Assembly: GCA_973895155.1 (NCBI GenBank) | Contig: OZ316895.1 | Location: 22,518,558 to 22,582,557, forward strand | DNA length: 64,000 nt | Reading direction: 5' to 3' | Source: Marsupella aquatica | Taxonomy: Eukaryota > Plantae > Marchantiophyta | In this document: positions 63,200-64,000 of the stretch, piece after piece | Numbering within the stretch: the first letter of the stretch is position 1 | Layout of the letters: every line of letters begins with the position of its first letter | Program-made: the position numbers and the translations under genes | Notes under the pieces: model-generated | Told to the model about the DNA's origin: nothing | What the model saw: the letters and a program-made list of their open reading frames with translations, nothing else | Database searches by the model: none

Positions 63200-64000
63200 A
63201 CGCCGTAGACTTGTTGGTCTTGTGGCAAGCCCATGATTCCATGAAGGGGTACTTGCCTACTGCCTACGGTTGAGTACAGAGGTAGACCTGCTATTCTTGT
63301 GGCAAGGTCGATCGATCATTGCCTAACAAAGCATGAGTGTGCAGTAGACATTCAGTACTGTGCTGTCCTGTAGCTGGAGAGAGAAGCTGGCGAGTGGCGA
63401 TGGAGATTGGTGGGCAGCGTGATCTCAATGAGGCAGGAAGGGGAGACGATGAAGTACTGTAAAGATGTAATGCTGTGATGGTGCGATGGTGATGTGAGGG
63501 AGATTGGCAGATTGCATTCCATTCCGGCATGCTGACGATAGTGGCGACTAGGTGTCGTGTTGTGCAATGATGAAGAAGTTGCCGAAAGGAGGGAAAAGGG
63601 AATAGCACAGTGGTCCAGTACTCTGGTGATCTTGACAATAATATTGACAGCAGCCTGATCCCCGAAGGAAGCGGGAAGGGGAACGATTCTGTAGGGGAGA
63701 GACGAGAGGAGCAGAGGATCTTGTCTGCGTCTAGTCTGAAATTCAGTCTAATCAGGTAGAGGTAGTGGGTTGGGGAGATGAACAGGAAATGTGTCTTTGA
63801 CTGTCTGGGAAGGTCTTTTGTCTTGCCTTGTAATGGAGCAGGCAGCAGAGAAAGGGGTAGCACGTCGTCTCTACAGGGTAAGAAAGACATAGATCATGAA
63901 GACGGGGGGACCAGGGAGTAACTGACAAGGCATCCGTGTCATTTTTGTCTAATGGGGAATTTCTGTCCCCTGTAGGTTCTTCCTCTTCCTTTGGCACCTG
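63200..64000 (-). mobile_element. Possible LINE APE-endonuclease relic running off the window edge
   Basis: Minus-strand remnants in order: GDRNSPLD (GDFN-like), LHDL, RLD, SPSHHHRTITALHL (SDH-like), then ESWACHK (W...K). Frameshifted. Confidence 0.35.

Overview
Intron-rich land-plant nuclear DNA; a bryophyte/liverwort origin is my inference from protein style and element types, not proven. Four intact host genes were traced by hand: XCT/XAP5 (FAM50, +, 12 exons), an intronless SHORT-ROOT-clade GRAS factor (-), PAF1/ELF7 (-, 12 exons, one GC-AG intron) and complex I subunit NDUFA9 (-). The intergenic space holds many transposons. These include a near-intact Bianca-type Ty1/copia with a half-tRNA-Ile primer site and an unusually long insertion in RT, a second internally deleted copia, a Mutator-like foldback element with a perfect 9-bp TSD, a Helitron 3' end, and LINE/hAT/LTR relics. 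A decayed TIR-NB-LRR-like pseudogene probably lies just downstream of PAF1. The most novel signal is an antisense accessory gene inside the second copia, between pol and the 3' LTR, encoding a hydrophobic N-terminus plus an RNase H1 hybrid-binding/caulimovirus viroplasmin domain. All identities were judged by eye without tools.
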